DNA of 64,000 nucleotides from NCBI GenBank assembly GCA_000002435.2, contig CM018793.1; one strand, given 5' to 3'. The stretch's first letter is position 1, and each line of letters begins with the position of its first letter. This document shows positions 43,259 to 54,700 of the stretch, piece after piece. The notes under the pieces were generated by a model that was given only the letters and a program-made list of their open reading frames with translations, did no database searches and had not been told where the DNA came from. A program made the position numbers and the translations under genes. This DNA comes from Giardia intestinalis (taxonomy: Eukaryota).

Positions 43259-45634
43259 TGTTACTGCCAACTCATCTACTTGTGCCTGAAGCTCTTCGTT
43301 CCTTCTAGTTAGGTTGGATATTTCATTCACGATCTTTCTGATGTTAGTGTTAAGGTAGGCTATTTCGCTGTTTGTCTGTTCTATCTCACTTTCTACTTGC
43401 TTCTTCTCCTCCGTCAAAGCGCTACCTGGCGTGGCTGGTCGCACACTTTTGCGAATTTGTGCATTGCTTGCCCGTAAAAGTTCCAACGCTTGCTGTAGCC
43501 CAGCAACTTCCACCTCTGCCTGCTTAAGTTTAGCTGAATATTCCTCGTAGCGCGCTTGTAGGTCTGCATTCTTTTTGCCAAAGTTTATGATTGCATCCGA
43601 TTGTGCCGTGCGAGGGTCGGCCTCATCCATGGGTTTACCAGAAGCCGCACAGGTGAGAGAGCCGACGCGATCGGTCAAAATATCACATCGTATTTTCAGT
43701 TTCTCGATGTATATTCTCCTCTTCTTGAGCTCCAGACGAACTGCCGACAGATCCTGTGTCAATAGACGAATCTCTTGTGCCAGCAAACTTTTCACTGTTT
43801 CTAGCTCCTTGGAACGTTTCACGTTTCCGATTCTTATTTGTTCTTTTCGATTTGTAAGACCGAAAAGGATAGTAGTCCTACTCTTGTACTTTTCCAACAG
43901 TTCATCTCGCTTGATCTTCATGCTATCTAATTGTAAGAGCATGTCGGCTTTTCTATTGTTAAGCTTTTTCAGAGCATCTGCCGCAGTATTTGATGATAGC
44001 AAGTTTTCATGCAAATCAGAGTCCAATTTGTCCCGCTTCTGCTTCAGATCTGCTAGAGTGCGATTTAATCGCTCAACTTCACTCCTGACAGATCCTGTTT
44101 GTTGTTTTACTAATTTTGCGGTCCTTAGTTCTGTCTCCAATTGCTGCGTCAGACTTGCAATATTTCTCTTTAAGACTATGAGCTCCTCTAATGAATGATC
44201 GCCTCGGACAATGCTAAGCTTACGAGTCAACGCCTGAATCTCGTAATCTGCATTGTATATATGCTTGCGTTGTTGTTGTATCTGCTTCTCAAATTCTTGA
44301 ATTCTTGACTCTAATCCCTTGATGCTGCTTTGAAGCCCAGAAATGTCATTCTTTTCATTTGCTTCTTGTCGCTTGAACTCTGCTAGCTTCTGACCGATTT
44401 CCTGGAGCTTCTTTGTGGTGTCTTGGCTCTCCTTCCTCTTAAACTCGTACTCCTTTTCCACCGCATCTACCATTTTTGTCATGTACGCTGTGGTCTCTTC
44501 GAGCGTCAATGCTTTTGCTTTCATCTCCTCCTTAACAGCAGCGAGGAGCTCCAACCGAGCGTCTAAACGCTGACTATCTTTAACTCGGTTTTCGTAGCTC
44601 TGCTGCATACTCTCTAGGGTAGCCTGCTTAGCAGATATATCCCTTTGTGCAGAAGAAAGCGCCGACCGCTGAATTAGAATTTCACCGTTCATTGCATCAA
44701 GCTCCTTTTCAGCAACAACAAGGGCTGCAGATGCGGTATTTGTTTCTCGCTCCATAGATTCCAGCTCACTGTTGGCGGCGTTCCTGGCTCGGATAACCTC
44801 TTCGAGCTCTTGCTGAGCTCGTCTATCAGTAGCCCGCAGGTTTTCGAGGTCTAGCCGAGAGCTTTCATATCGCTCGTTGAGCATTGCTTCTTGTGTATCT
44901 TTGCTTTCTAATAAAACAACAGCCTGCTGAAATTGACCCATGGCAACTCGCCGAGATTCTTGAAGACGGCTGAATGTAATTGCCGCCTTGTCCAATGAGA
45001 CCTGAGCAGTCATAGTCTCGTTGACCTCTGTCTTAAGAAGATCAGTGAGAGATGTGATGACCTCGTGTTGGCGTCGCAAGGCTTGCTCTAAGTCTCCCCG
45101 GCGCTTTTCGTCTATAGCTGTATATTTCTGAAGTGTAAACGCGTCGTCGCTCTTTTGCTCCGACGCAAGGTGCCATTCAGCACGCTCGTCCTCAAGCCAT
45201 TGGGCGTCCTTTTGGAGCTCTGCGAGTCGTGTGTGTTGTTTGAGAAGATTTGTCTGGCCAACCTGCCTGCGCTCCTCCACAGTATTCTTCATGCCTTCGC
45301 ACTGTCTTATCTTGGCATTCATGCGTCCGAGGTCTCTTTCGACCAGAGTTGTCAGGTGCTTCTCGGCCTTCACTTCCTGGTCTCTAGCATTCGCTAGCGA
45401 TTGCGCATGGTTCAGTTCCTGGACGACAGCCTCTGAGTGCTTCTTCATCGCCAACGTGCGAGACTCTAGCTGAGAGAGCTCGTCTATCAGGGCCGTGATT
45501 TCGGTTGAAACCTCCTTCAGATCCTCATGTCTTTGCATGTTCTCCTCGTTAGCAAACGCTGGCATTGCAAGCTCGATCGGCCTCCATATGGTCGTTAAGA
45601 CCTCCCGAAGATTAACATCTTTCACAACAGACAT
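43232..45634 (-). CDS. CCDC39: CCDC39-like axonemal coiled-coil protein (96-nm ruler / FAP59 family)
   Basis: N-terminus AMPAFANEENMQRHEDL (human CCDC39: AIPVANEENKLLEDQL), DDAFTLQKYTAIDEKR (CCDC39: DSDALTLQKYAQQDDNK), QVSLDKAAITFSRLQ (CCDC39: QLELDKAAQDFRKI). It is 800 aa of continuous coiled coil. Confidence 0.7.
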   Translation of the reverse strand: MSVVKDVNLREVLTTIWRPIELAMPAFANEENMQRHEDLKEVSTEITALIDELSQLESRTLAMKKHSEAVVQELNHAQSLANARDQEVKAEKHLTTLVERDLGRMNAKIRQCEGMKNTVEERRQVGQTNLLKQHTRLAELQKDAQWLEDERAEWHLASEQKSDDAFTLQKYTAIDEKRRGDLEQALRRQHEVITSLTDLLKTEVNETMTAQVSLDKAAITFSRLQESRRVAMGQFQQAVVLLESKDTQEAMLNERYESSRLDLENLRATDRRAQQELEEVIRARNAANSELESMERETNTASAALVVAEKELDAMNGEILIQRSALSSAQRDISAKQATLESMQQSYENRVKDSQRLDARLELLAAVKEEMKAKALTLEETTAYMTKMVDAVEKEYEFKRKESQDTTKKLQEIGQKLAEFKRQEANEKNDISGLQSSIKGLESRIQEFEKQIQQQRKHIYNADYEIQALTRKLSIVRGDHSLEELIVLKRNIASLTQQLETELRTAKLVKQQTGSVRSEVERLNRTLADLKQKRDKLDSDLHENLLSSNTAADALKKLNNRKADMLLQLDSMKIKRDELLEKYKSRTTILFGLTNRKEQIRIGNVKRSKELETVKSLLAQEIRLLTQDLSAVRLELKKRRIYIEKLKIRCDILTDRVGSLTCAASGKPMDEADPRTAQSDAIINFGKKNADLQARYEEYSAKLKQAEVEVAGLQQALELLRASNAQIRKSVRPATPGSALTEEKKQVESEIEQTNSEIAYLNTNIRKIVNEISNLTRRNEELQAQVDELAVTLHDVEYGE

Positions 45635-45676
45635 ACAACAGGAATTCTGACAAAATTTACTTTCTCAAGTTGAAAT

Positions 45677-47677
45677 TTATTCGATGACTAGGGGCTCCTC
45701 CTCGGGATCTGCCTTAGGGTTCTGAACTGCACCAGGACCAGCTGGAGAACCGGTGGCGCGATCTACTTCTGCCGAGGCGCTCATTTCTGCCTCTATCTTA
45801 AGCCTCAACTTTTTTGGATAGCCGAACTTGTCCGCCTCAAATATACTCGTGCCAGAAAGAAGCGCAAAGCACATGGCAAGGATGCTTACAAGGGACATGA
45901 CGATATCCGTAACAGCAAAGGCGTTGTAGTAAACGTTTGTGTACTTCACCCATAGAGGGTTAGAGTTGATCTGTGGGTAAGGAACTTCTGCGCTCCCCCA
46001 GTTGAGATTCATGTACAGATCGTGAATGACATTGACTAGAGCAATACCAATGGCATACCCAGCTTCGCGGAAGGTCTGGATACAGCCACCCATCATACCT
46101 CTAATATCGGGCGTTGCTATAGCCATCATGAACTGATTATTAGTGGTAAAGAAGACACCCAGGCCGAACGAGAACATCATGTTGCAGATAACAATCCAAC
46201 CAATATCATAAGGGATGATGAACCCTAGAATAATGATGAGAACAGCAACATAGATGGATACGACCAGCTTAATGATGTAACTTGTCATCTTCTTTGCAAG
46301 GAAGTTGCAGACAATGGAGGATGCCGTCTGGGCTATAGGAGACACGAGGGAAAGGAGACCGACCACATAAGGCTCCAGCTGATGGATGTTCTGCAGGGCA
46401 AACGGCATCTGGAACGAAACCGTGACGATGAGCGCAAAGTTCCAAAGACCGGCCAGAAGAGAGTAGATGATCTTTTTATTAGTGAGAATTGCTCGGGGAA
46501 GAATTGCAAACGGATGCTTAAGCTCCCAGAAAACAAACCCAACGATCCCGCCAATGCCTAGGAGGAAGAGGACAATCCCCATAGCGACGGCGTTCTTTTC
46601 CGGAGGGATAAAGGTAAGCCCCATGATCATCACGATAAGAGATACCAGGATAAGGATGGTGCCCACGTAGTCAAACTTGCTCTCCTTGAAGCGAGGAACC
46701 TTAGGGAGATAGAGCCAACAGAAAAGAATAGAAAAGAACCCGATGAAAATGTTAATGAAGAAGCAGAAGTCCCAGCCTACAAACTGTCCCAGCATGCCAC
46801 CAAGCGGGGGTCCAAGAGCTGTCGCCGCAGCGAACGCCATCGAATTCATAGCCATTGCGGTTGGAATGTCTTTTTGTTCCACTAGAATCCCGCAGAGTGA
46901 CATGGTGTTCGCCATAAGGAATGCAGCGGTGATCCCTTGAAAGAGTCGTGACCCTATGAGAACATAAAAACCTCCATATGGCCAAGGTGTCATGTCGGTA
47001 CTAATGTATCTGGAGAGGCCACAGAGGGTAGAAAAAAGCACAAACCCAGAGACACCCCATCTATGCACCACCGTAACGCCATACCTGTCACCAATCTTTG
47101 AGGCGGGGATGGCGAACGACGCGAACGCGACAGAGTATATGTCATTGATCCACTGAATGGTGGACATTGGTATCTCGCCTCCTTGTGGCCCGACAAAGTT
47201 CTTCTCATGCATGATAAGGGGGTTGCAAATGTTGACAATTGTCATGTCCAAAGAAGACATTGCAAGCGACCAGCCAACAAGCAAAATAAGCTTTGTGGGC
47301 TTGAGCTTGGGGATTTTCTGGAGATCCTTAAAGAACTCTAGCCTAGAGATATTGGCCTTCTTTCTCAGGATGGTGTCTCCAGCTTCCTTCCTCTCTCGCT
47401 TGGTCATATCGGCTACTTTAGACTCATATTCGTCCTCCATCCTCTCTAGATCCTTCTTGGCGACGGTGATAAAGAACTGCATGGTCTCCTCCTTCAGCTT
47501 GCCAGAAGACATAAGTGCGCCAATCTGCATGGGTTGCAAACGCCCTGCAACAAGCATTTCGCGTGCCCTATCAGGGGTCAGCGTCTCTGCAAGCTTATGC
47601 ATCTCGGCCATCTGGGCCATAATCTTGGCGTCCTTCGGCGGTGCGTCCACGCCCATGGAGGTTTTTTTTGAGGGCAT
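45677..47677 (-). CDS. Major facilitator superfamily transporter (about 14 TM, DHA-like) with an about 130-aa N-terminal soluble extension
   Basis: 12-14 hydrophobic helices. MFS-like motif LAMSSLDMTIVN near TM1. Gly-rich loops (GPPLGGMLGQ). Confidence 0.7.
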   Translation of the reverse strand: MPSKKTSMGVDAPPKDAKIMAQMAEMHKLAETLTPDRAREMLVAGRLQPMQIGALMSSGKLKEETMQFFITVAKKDLERMEDEYESKVADMTKRERKEAGDTILRKKANISRLEFFKDLQKIPKLKPTKLILLVGWSLAMSSLDMTIVNICNPLIMHEKNFVGPQGGEIPMSTIQWINDIYSVAFASFAIPASKIGDRYGVTVVHRWGVSGFVLFSTLCGLSRYISTDMTPWPYGGFYVLIGSRLFQGITAAFLMANTMSLCGILVEQKDIPTAMAMNSMAFAAATALGPPLGGMLGQFVGWDFCFFINIFIGFFSILFCWLYLPKVPRFKESKFDYVGTILILVSLIVMIMGLTFIPPEKNAVAMGIVLFLLGIGGIVGFVFWELKHPFAILPRAILTNKKIIYSLLAGLWNFALIVTVSFQMPFALQNIHQLEPYVVGLLSLVSPIAQTASSIVCNFLAKKMTSYIIKLVVSIYVAVLIIILGFIIPYDIGWIVICNMMFSFGLGVFFTTNNQFMMAIATPDIRGMMGGCIQTFREAGYAIGIALVNVIHDLYMNLNWGSAEVPYPQINSNPLWVKYTNVYYNAFAVTDIVMSLVSILAMCFALLSGTSIFEADKFGYPKKLRLKIEAEMSASAEVDRATGSPAGPGAVQNPKADPEEEPLVIE

Positions 47678-47729
47678 TTTTTAATGATTCCTTTGGATTA
47701 AAATTTAGGATCTAGACTGCATCAAATCC
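47678..47729. promoter_or_regulatory. 52-bp AT-rich divergent promoter region (MFS minus / NEK plus)
   Basis: tttaatgattcctttggattaaaatttaggatctagactgcatcaaatcc lies between divergent ATGs. Confidence 0.45.
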
Positions 47730-49523
47730 ATGGGTATTGCGGAGAAGCTGGCAGAATATCGAGAGCTTATGGCCATCAAGCGGGGCCATTATGGGATAGT
47801 GCACAAGGTGGAGCATATCAGCACGAAAAAAATATATGCTAGAAAAACCGTCAAATACGGGAAACTGGACCAGCGAGGGGTTGAGCTCATAATGCGTGAA
47901 GCTAACCTTCTTAGCCGCATGAAGCATATAAATGTACTAGGATATCACGACGTGGTGATAGATGAAGTAGAGAAAGTCATCTACATCTTTACCGAGTTCT
48001 GTAATAAGGGTGATCTTTTCCAATTAATCGACAAGCACCGATATCCTCGGACAAATATCCCCGAAGAGCGCATATGGAAGCTCTTCGGACAACTTCTACT
48101 GGCACTGGAATACTGTCATTGCCCCACTAAAGAGAACTTTGAGCTTGGCGAGATCGTTATTCATAGGGACATCAAGCCGGCCAATATTTTGATAACGAAT
48201 GATGATGTGGTAAAGCTTGCCGACTTTGGATTCTCTCGGTCGTTTAATTCCTCAGACATGCTCAAAACCCAATTGGGTACGCCGAGCTACACTGCACCAG
48301 AGGTCCTCAACAAAACGCCCTACAATGAGAAGGCAGATATCTGGTCTCTAGGGTGCGTTATATTCCACTTATGCAGCCTGGAGTTTCCATTCCAGGCCAT
48401 GACCCACGCAGACCTGGCACGCAATGTCCGCGATGGAAAGCGACGCCCATTTCCACAAGGCATATACAGCAAGGAGCTCGAGGAACTGGTGGATTCGATG
48501 ATGATTGTTGATTATACCCAGAGGCCTAGTGCTGCCCAGTTAATTCGTCACCGGAAATTCATCGAGCACGGGGTCATCACGGCCGACTATCTCAATACAA
48601 ACCCCACCGAGGAGATTGACGACAAGGCTAAGATGATTGCCGAGCTGAAGATGTGTCTAAAGATGAAGCAGCAAGAGGTCGACAACCTGGAAGACGATTT
48701 ATCAAACAATAAGGAGATAATGGAAGCAATGACGATTACGAAGACTGCAAGTGCGCCCTCTGGGACTGCCACGTCAAGCGCAGAGAGCAATAACGATGCA
48801 GTAGAAAAGCTTCGTGCAGAACTTAGTTTACAATCAATGCGGGTAAAGCAATTAGAAGCAGAGAATAGCGAACTTCGTTCGCAAAACACCATTTTGACAA
48901 ATAAAATTCTCAAATTAGAAGAGGCTGCAAGGCGGGTCGCTCAGGCCCAATCTGCAATCGCGTCAGATGGTATGACAGCTCTGATGCGTGCAGTTCAAAT
49001 GAATGACATTGCTGGAATCAAGGCTCATATAGCAACAGATGCAGGGAAAAAGAACCGCAAAGGGAAAACTGCCTTAATGATGTGTAGCGATACCGGAAAA
49101 ACTGAAGCTGCGGCACTTCTTATTCCGTATGAGGCCGGGACTAAGATGTCCGACGGCACTACAGCTTTGATTCTCGCAGCAATAGCGGGTCACGTTGACA
49201 TTGTTAATATTCTCAAAAAGAAGGAAGGAAAGATGCAGGCTAGACAGGGGGACACTGCCCTGATCAACGCTGCTGTTACTGGGCATGCAGAGGTTGTGCG
49301 CGCCCTTGTAGAAATCGAAGCCGGTCTCCGCATGGACGATGGGCGTGCAGCCATCCACAATGCCGCTTATAAGGGCCATCTCGAATGTGTCAAGATCCTG
49401 CTGCCATACGAGTACCACATGCGCGATAAATCTGGCCTGAGTCCCCTCAAGTACGCTAGCAAAGGAAAGCAGGAGGCTGTTGTTGATTATATAAGAACAT
49501 GGCTACAGACTAACAACAAGTAG
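47730..49523 (+). CDS. NEK-family Ser/Thr kinase with coiled-coil linker and C-terminal ankyrin repeats
   Basis: YARK, HRDIKPANIL, DFGFSR, GTPSYTAPEV, DIWSLGCV. A coiled coil sits at about 300-390. Ankyrin repeats (GMTALMRAV, GKTALMMCS, GTTALILAA, GDTALINAA). Confidence 0.85.
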   Translation: MGIAEKLAEYRELMAIKRGHYGIVHKVEHISTKKIYARKTVKYGKLDQRGVELIMREANLLSRMKHINVLGYHDVVIDEVEKVIYIFTEFCNKGDLFQLIDKHRYPRTNIPEERIWKLFGQLLLALEYCHCPTKENFELGEIVIHRDIKPANILITNDDVVKLADFGFSRSFNSSDMLKTQLGTPSYTAPEVLNKTPYNEKADIWSLGCVIFHLCSLEFPFQAMTHADLARNVRDGKRRPFPQGIYSKELEELVDSMMIVDYTQRPSAAQLIRHRKFIEHGVITADYLNTNPTEEIDDKAKMIAELKMCLKMKQQEVDNLEDDLSNNKEIMEAMTITKTASAPSGTATSSAESNNDAVEKLRAELSLQSMRVKQLEAENSELRSQNTILTNKILKLEEAARRVAQAQSAIASDGMTALMRAVQMNDIAGIKAHIATDAGKKNRKGKTALMMCSDTGKTEAAALLIPYEAGTKMSDGTTALILAAIAGHVDIVNILKKKEGKMQARQGDTALINAAVTGHAEVVRALVEIEAGLRMDDGRAAIHNAAYKGHLECVKILLPYEYHMRDKSGLSPLKYASKGKQEAVVDYIRTWLQTNNK

Positions 49524-49553
49524 TGGCGGTGAAACTTTCTACAGGAATATGTG

Positions 49554-51062
49554 TTACGAATGTGTAAACGTGTCGTAAGTAAGCTGGAGTATGGCGGACA
49601 AGACCTGCCTGCTGCTTGCGCTCCAGTCGATAAGAAGGTCCTCTATTTGTGTTGCAAGCTCCACTAGCTTGTGATGAAGGGAAGGGAGATCACAACAGTG
49701 TTGGGCCTCCCGGATGGATCGATCAAGTAGACTTCGGACTCGCTTGACAAGAATTTCAAACTCGTGTGTCATAGTACGCGCAACTTCTACGGGGGTGATA
49801 GCGAGGTGAGGCTGTTCTACGCGAACAACCTTTACAGACCGGTGAGGAGAGTTCGTATTGTGTGCTGAAGCTCTATTCTTTTCCTCAGGTGTCGTGCTAC
49901 TAAGTACAGCGCCTGTTGTGCCACGCAGGCTATTTGAAATAGTAGACGATAACTGCTGCAGTTCGCTGTTCATGGCATGAAGTAGCGACTCGTCAGTGCT
50001 AGTACGGAAGTGAATATTGACTTTTCGAGCCTTACGATCGACTTCTCGCATGTAAAGCATCCGAAAGCGATTAAGATCCTGCTTAAGCCGGTAAATCTGG
50101 TTATCCGATAAGACCTTTTCATATGGAATTCCCATGGAAAGACGCCGGCGCAGAGCTATAATTTCTGCACGTAGACGCGATGTTGCTAGTGCACACGCTT
50201 CGTCGTCTACACGTTTCATCAGTGCACACAGTGCAATCAAAAGCTCCTTGGCTTCCTCCTTGGGAATAAGGTATCTCGCCATAAACTGTGCCATGAGGCA
50301 ATACGCTTGTTCTGGAATGAAGGTCCCTTCGACAAAGCGAGGGGCAATATGCACAGGGCTCATTCCCTGGCATTCTAGATTCAGTGAGAAGCTTGTTTTA
50401 GAACTATCAAGGAAAATCGGCATGATTCCTCGCCGCATAAACGCCCCAGTGATGCGCTCGATTTGCTGTGCAGTTGGCTGTAGTGCATGAATAGTGTTCA
50501 GCAGAACCGCAATGGTATCGTACGCGACGTCTAGTTGATCATCACGGAGGTTTGGCGGTGCTCTAAGGCCAAGCACCGTTTCTCTGCTTTGGAAAAGCCC
50601 TATTCCTGAGTGCTCCGGTTGCGGAAGCGGACGTGTAGACTTGTCTTTTGAATTAGAAGATGCGTTGGGAGAAGTGTTAAGATCTGCTGTGCCAACTTCA
50701 CTATTAGACGAGTCGTAGCTTGAGTATAAATAGGAATCATCGTCTACATGGAGGTTTTCCTGGGATTGTTTGCGCTTATTCGATAAAACAGACTCAATGA
50801 ACGCCTTTGTCTGTCGGAGAGAACTATCATCGGCGAGACTTGCCCGTTCTCCAGATAAGTGGAAGGGCCTGCTCTGACAGTGAAGTTTTTCTTGCAGCTT
50901 GTAGAATTGGTCCTTATAATATCGCAGCTCCTTCTTTGTCCTTTGTAGCTCATCTGCCAGGAAATCGCGCTCTTTTAGTAACGCATCAACATAGTCGGCA
51001 CATTCGTGGGTGTCATATTCAGATGATGTCGACTTGAGGCTGTTGTCAGCGCTTGGTTCCAT
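49554..51062 (-). CDS. Hypothetical 502-aa protein
   Basis: Clean ORF with an ATG start. There is an N-terminal short coiled coil and no recognised domain. Confidence 0.5.
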   Translation of the reverse strand: MEPSADNSLKSTSSEYDTHECADYVDALLKERDFLADELQRTKKELRYYKDQFYKLQEKLHCQSRPFHLSGERASLADDSSLRQTKAFIESVLSNKRKQSQENLHVDDDSYLYSSYDSSNSEVGTADLNTSPNASSNSKDKSTRPLPQPEHSGIGLFQSRETVLGLRAPPNLRDDQLDVAYDTIAVLLNTIHALQPTAQQIERITGAFMRRGIMPIFLDSSKTSFSLNLECQGMSPVHIAPRFVEGTFIPEQAYCLMAQFMARYLIPKEEAKELLIALCALMKRVDDEACALATSRLRAEIIALRRRLSMGIPYEKVLSDNQIYRLKQDLNRFRMLYMREVDRKARKVNIHFRTSTDESLLHAMNSELQQLSSTISNSLRGTTGAVLSSTTPEEKNRASAHNTNSPHRSVKVVRVEQPHLAITPVEVARTMTHEFEILVKRVRSLLDRSIREAQHCCDLPSLHHKLVELATQIEDLLIDWSASSRQVLSAILQLTYDTFTHS

Positions 51063-51765
51063 GGTTTTTTAGAAGGGTAAGTCTTTTCGCTCTGATTGAT
51101 GATTCACTCCATCCACTGGTTACTTCTAGTATTGTGTCACCAACTGTCCATAGGCGTCTGCTGGTGCCATGCGCTCACGTCTGTCGTCTACCTGTACCAA
51201 GCAGCGTCTCTGTGTCCATAGAACCGTGCCACTCATCGAGATGAGCTACTGAATGACAAGACCTGCTCCATCGCTCTGTGCTACAGACCCCGAGTCTAGT
51301 AGTGCTATGAGCCTCAGTAGTGGCTCTGCCCTCTCCACTGGGACCATCGCGGGCACCGCCGCGGCTGCCGTCGGGCTCCTCTGCAGAGGCGAGACGCAGA
51401 CCTGGGCGGCAGACACGCGGCCGGACTGGCCCGGGTCTGGCGGACACCGCGCCTCCGGGGGGCTTTTTGAAAAGGCTGGCGATCCGACCGGCGCCCTGCC
51501 GCCCGAGGGTCTGCGCTCCACCCCGGGCCCCGCCCCACGGCGCCCTCTCCCGCGCGGACTGGCGCAGCGCGTCCCCGGAGGAGGGCATCTCGGCGTGTGC
51601 AGGCAGACTCGGCCTTGTGGCGGATCGATTTGATCCCGCTATACGCGGCGTCTGAGGACGGCTCAGCGGCGGTCCGCTCTTGTGCGCAAGCGACTGCCCC
51701 ATGGATTGCCCTTCTTATGTTTGCAACATACTGGCACATGACTGGCCCGGCCTTAAAATCACCGC

Positions 51766-54700
51766 ATGCTGATTCTCCTGTGTGCCGCTGCATGTCTCGC
51801 CGAGGCGTGCGGGACAGGACCTGCATGTGTTAACGGAGACTGCGCCTACGGGGACGGAGCACACTTCTGCCAGTGCAGGCGGGGCTGGGTGGGGGCTGCG
51901 TGTGACGCCCCCCGCGCGGGGTTCCGCAAGATAACTACCAGTGGGCAGACACCCGCGGACAGGGCCGTCAACTACGCCTGCCTCGTGAACGGGACGGAGT
52001 GCACAGGGTCGAGCAAGTGCACCTACTACGCAGGGGCGTACTCGTGCGACCCCTGTCCTGCTGGCTTCGTGTCCTACGAGGGCGAGTGCCTGCCGAGGGG
52101 CTGCTTCAACACCGGCGATTACTCAGACCAGGAGGCAACGAAGGCCCCTTGCAACGGCCGCGGCCGCTGCCTCCTGAAGGACCCCGGGCTAGCAGGGATG
52201 GATGCTGACGACTACGCGTGCGACTGCTACCCGATCTACCGCGGGGGCCTCTGCCAGTCGTGCGACGACGCCAACGCGATCGCTGCGGGAAGCTCTTCGT
52301 CTGATGCCCTCCCTACGTGCAATGCGCGGGCCTGCCAGGACTCGGATGGCGTCGTGTGCTCAGGCCAGGGAACGTGCACCCTCGACGTGGGCCTCGATCG
52401 CGAATCATATCACTATCGCTGCAAGTGCAATGATGGCTACACACGCGTTGGGCACAAGTGCGTCAGGACGGAGTGCGTGGCCACGATCGACGGGTCCCCG
52501 GTCGTCTGCGGGGGCTTTGGAGAGTGCACGGATAAAGATAGCCCCGGTACCTTCAAGTGCGTTTGCGATTCTAATGCAGTCCCGGTCGGTCAGTTTTGCA
52601 CATATCCCGCGTGCACAGACAGCGCTGCTACTGAGATCTGTGGCGGAGTGGGCGCCTGTGTGCGCAACGGCGCTGGCTATAGGTGCGATTGCCGAGGGCT
52701 TGCCACGGGCGACCTCTGTGATACTTGCACTCCTGGGAAATCCGCTCAGGTAGGCGACAAGTGCGTTCCAGTGGGGTGCCTCACCTCAAACAACCAGGAA
52801 TCATGCAAGAACGGAGGAACATGCGTCAAGTCCGATGGCGAGTACCACTGCCGCTGCCCGGACATGCTCATTGCCGTCAGCGGAGAGTGCACGTCCCCCG
52901 CATGCATGGACGAGGAGCTGGGGAAAGTCTGCTCGGGACACGGCACGTGCAAAACGGACGACCCACAAGACATAAAGTGCACCTGTAGTTCTGAATACAC
53001 GTACGTCGCCCCGGGGCGCTGCATCCTAACAGCCTTGATGGACGGCGACCGAATCTGCAGCGGCCACGGCCACGTTAGCATCGACACCTCGGATCCTCCC
53101 ACGATGACCTGCAGGTGCTCGTCGATCTACGAGGGGTCCAAGTGCGAGACCTGCAAGGCCTCTGTCGCCCAGGAGATCGAGGGCGAGTGCGTCCCAACCA
53201 AGTGCATTGTGGCACCCCAGCCCGGATCGCGAGCCACCACTCCCAGGGTCTGCGACGACCACGGCCAATACACGAAGTTCGGCGACCCGAGCGACCCGTT
53301 TGCCACGTGCACCCCCAAGGACCCCGACTCCGGGACCGTCTCCGCCTACAATGGCACCTTCCTTGCGAGGCCCGGGTGCGTGCATGTCAGCAAGGTAGAC
53401 AGGACCAGGAGGTTTTACTGCGGATTCCTGCAGGGACTGACAGACAACTTGCAGGAAGGCGTGGTAACGTGCAATACACAGAACGAGGGATCTGTGTCTG
53501 TTGAGACGTGCAATGGTTGCCCAGAGGGCTTTAAGCTTGTCCACTTCGGGGCAGAAGAGGGCTATAGAAAGACATGTATGCACGACAACTGCTACCACGG
53601 AACTGGCGCCAGCAGGATGTGGTACGACTACTGCGGCGGGACCGGCGACTGCATCAAAGAGGGTGACACGTACAGGTGCGACTGCGGCCCCAGTGCCACT
53701 TGGAACGAGGGCCTGAAGGCGTGCGTCACCGAGGCGTGCAAGCTCAACAAAACGCTGGCCGGCCCAGAGGCGCCCGAGTACTGCGCAGCGCCATCTAGCC
53801 TTGCGCTCCACTGCACCGTCGGCCGGGACGCGGCCTGGCAGTGCGATTGCCCCCAGGGCGACTACCTCACGTACAACAGGACGTGCATCCTGAGGAGCAA
53901 GAGCGCCAGCCCCACGACCCACCGAGCAAGGGGGCTTTGCGGCGGCCCCGGGGCGGGCTTCCTGAGCGGCAGCGGGTCCTGCGTCTGCAACCCGGGCTTC
54001 CTCAAGATCGACGACATGTGCTACAGCTATGACTGCCTGCCCGTGGGTGTGACGGCCGACACAAAGAGGTTGGACCTCAGCCCCCACGTCTGCTCCGGGA
54101 AGGGGGTCTGCGCGTACAACCAGCTGACCGGCCGATATGGCTGCGAGTGCGAAGCTGGTCTGGAGGCCTTCGGGGGCTACTGCACTCATCCCGGGTGCGC
54201 CGGGAAGGTGATCCACAACGGAGAGCTTAAATACGTTGAGTGCAAGGTCTACGACGGGTCCGTGGGCAGCTGCGTTCAGAGCGCAGACGGGGCCGCGTAC
54301 TTCTGCGCCTGCAGCTTCCCGTACACATCTGTCGGCGGGCTCTGCGTCCATCAGCGCTGCGTGGTGAATGGCGAGTACTGCGGCGGCGACGCCCTGGCCT
54401 CGTGCGTGAGGGGCAGCGATAGCCTGTACGGCTGCGTCTGCTCCGAGGGCTACGAGCTGAGCGAGGAGCGGAGCGAGCACGGGAACAAGGCCAAGTGCGT
54501 CCCGAGCAGGTGCATGTACAGGCCGTCGGCAGGCGACCCCGCCATCGAGTGCAACGGGCTGGGCACGTGCGGCAATGGTGGCGGTGGGTCTCTGCTGAAG
54601 GACAAGAGGTGCGAGTGCAGCGGTGGAGCTCAGCTGCACACTCTTAGAGACGCAAGCGGGGAGCTGAGGGAGACGTGCATTCTGGACGCGTGCATCTCTA

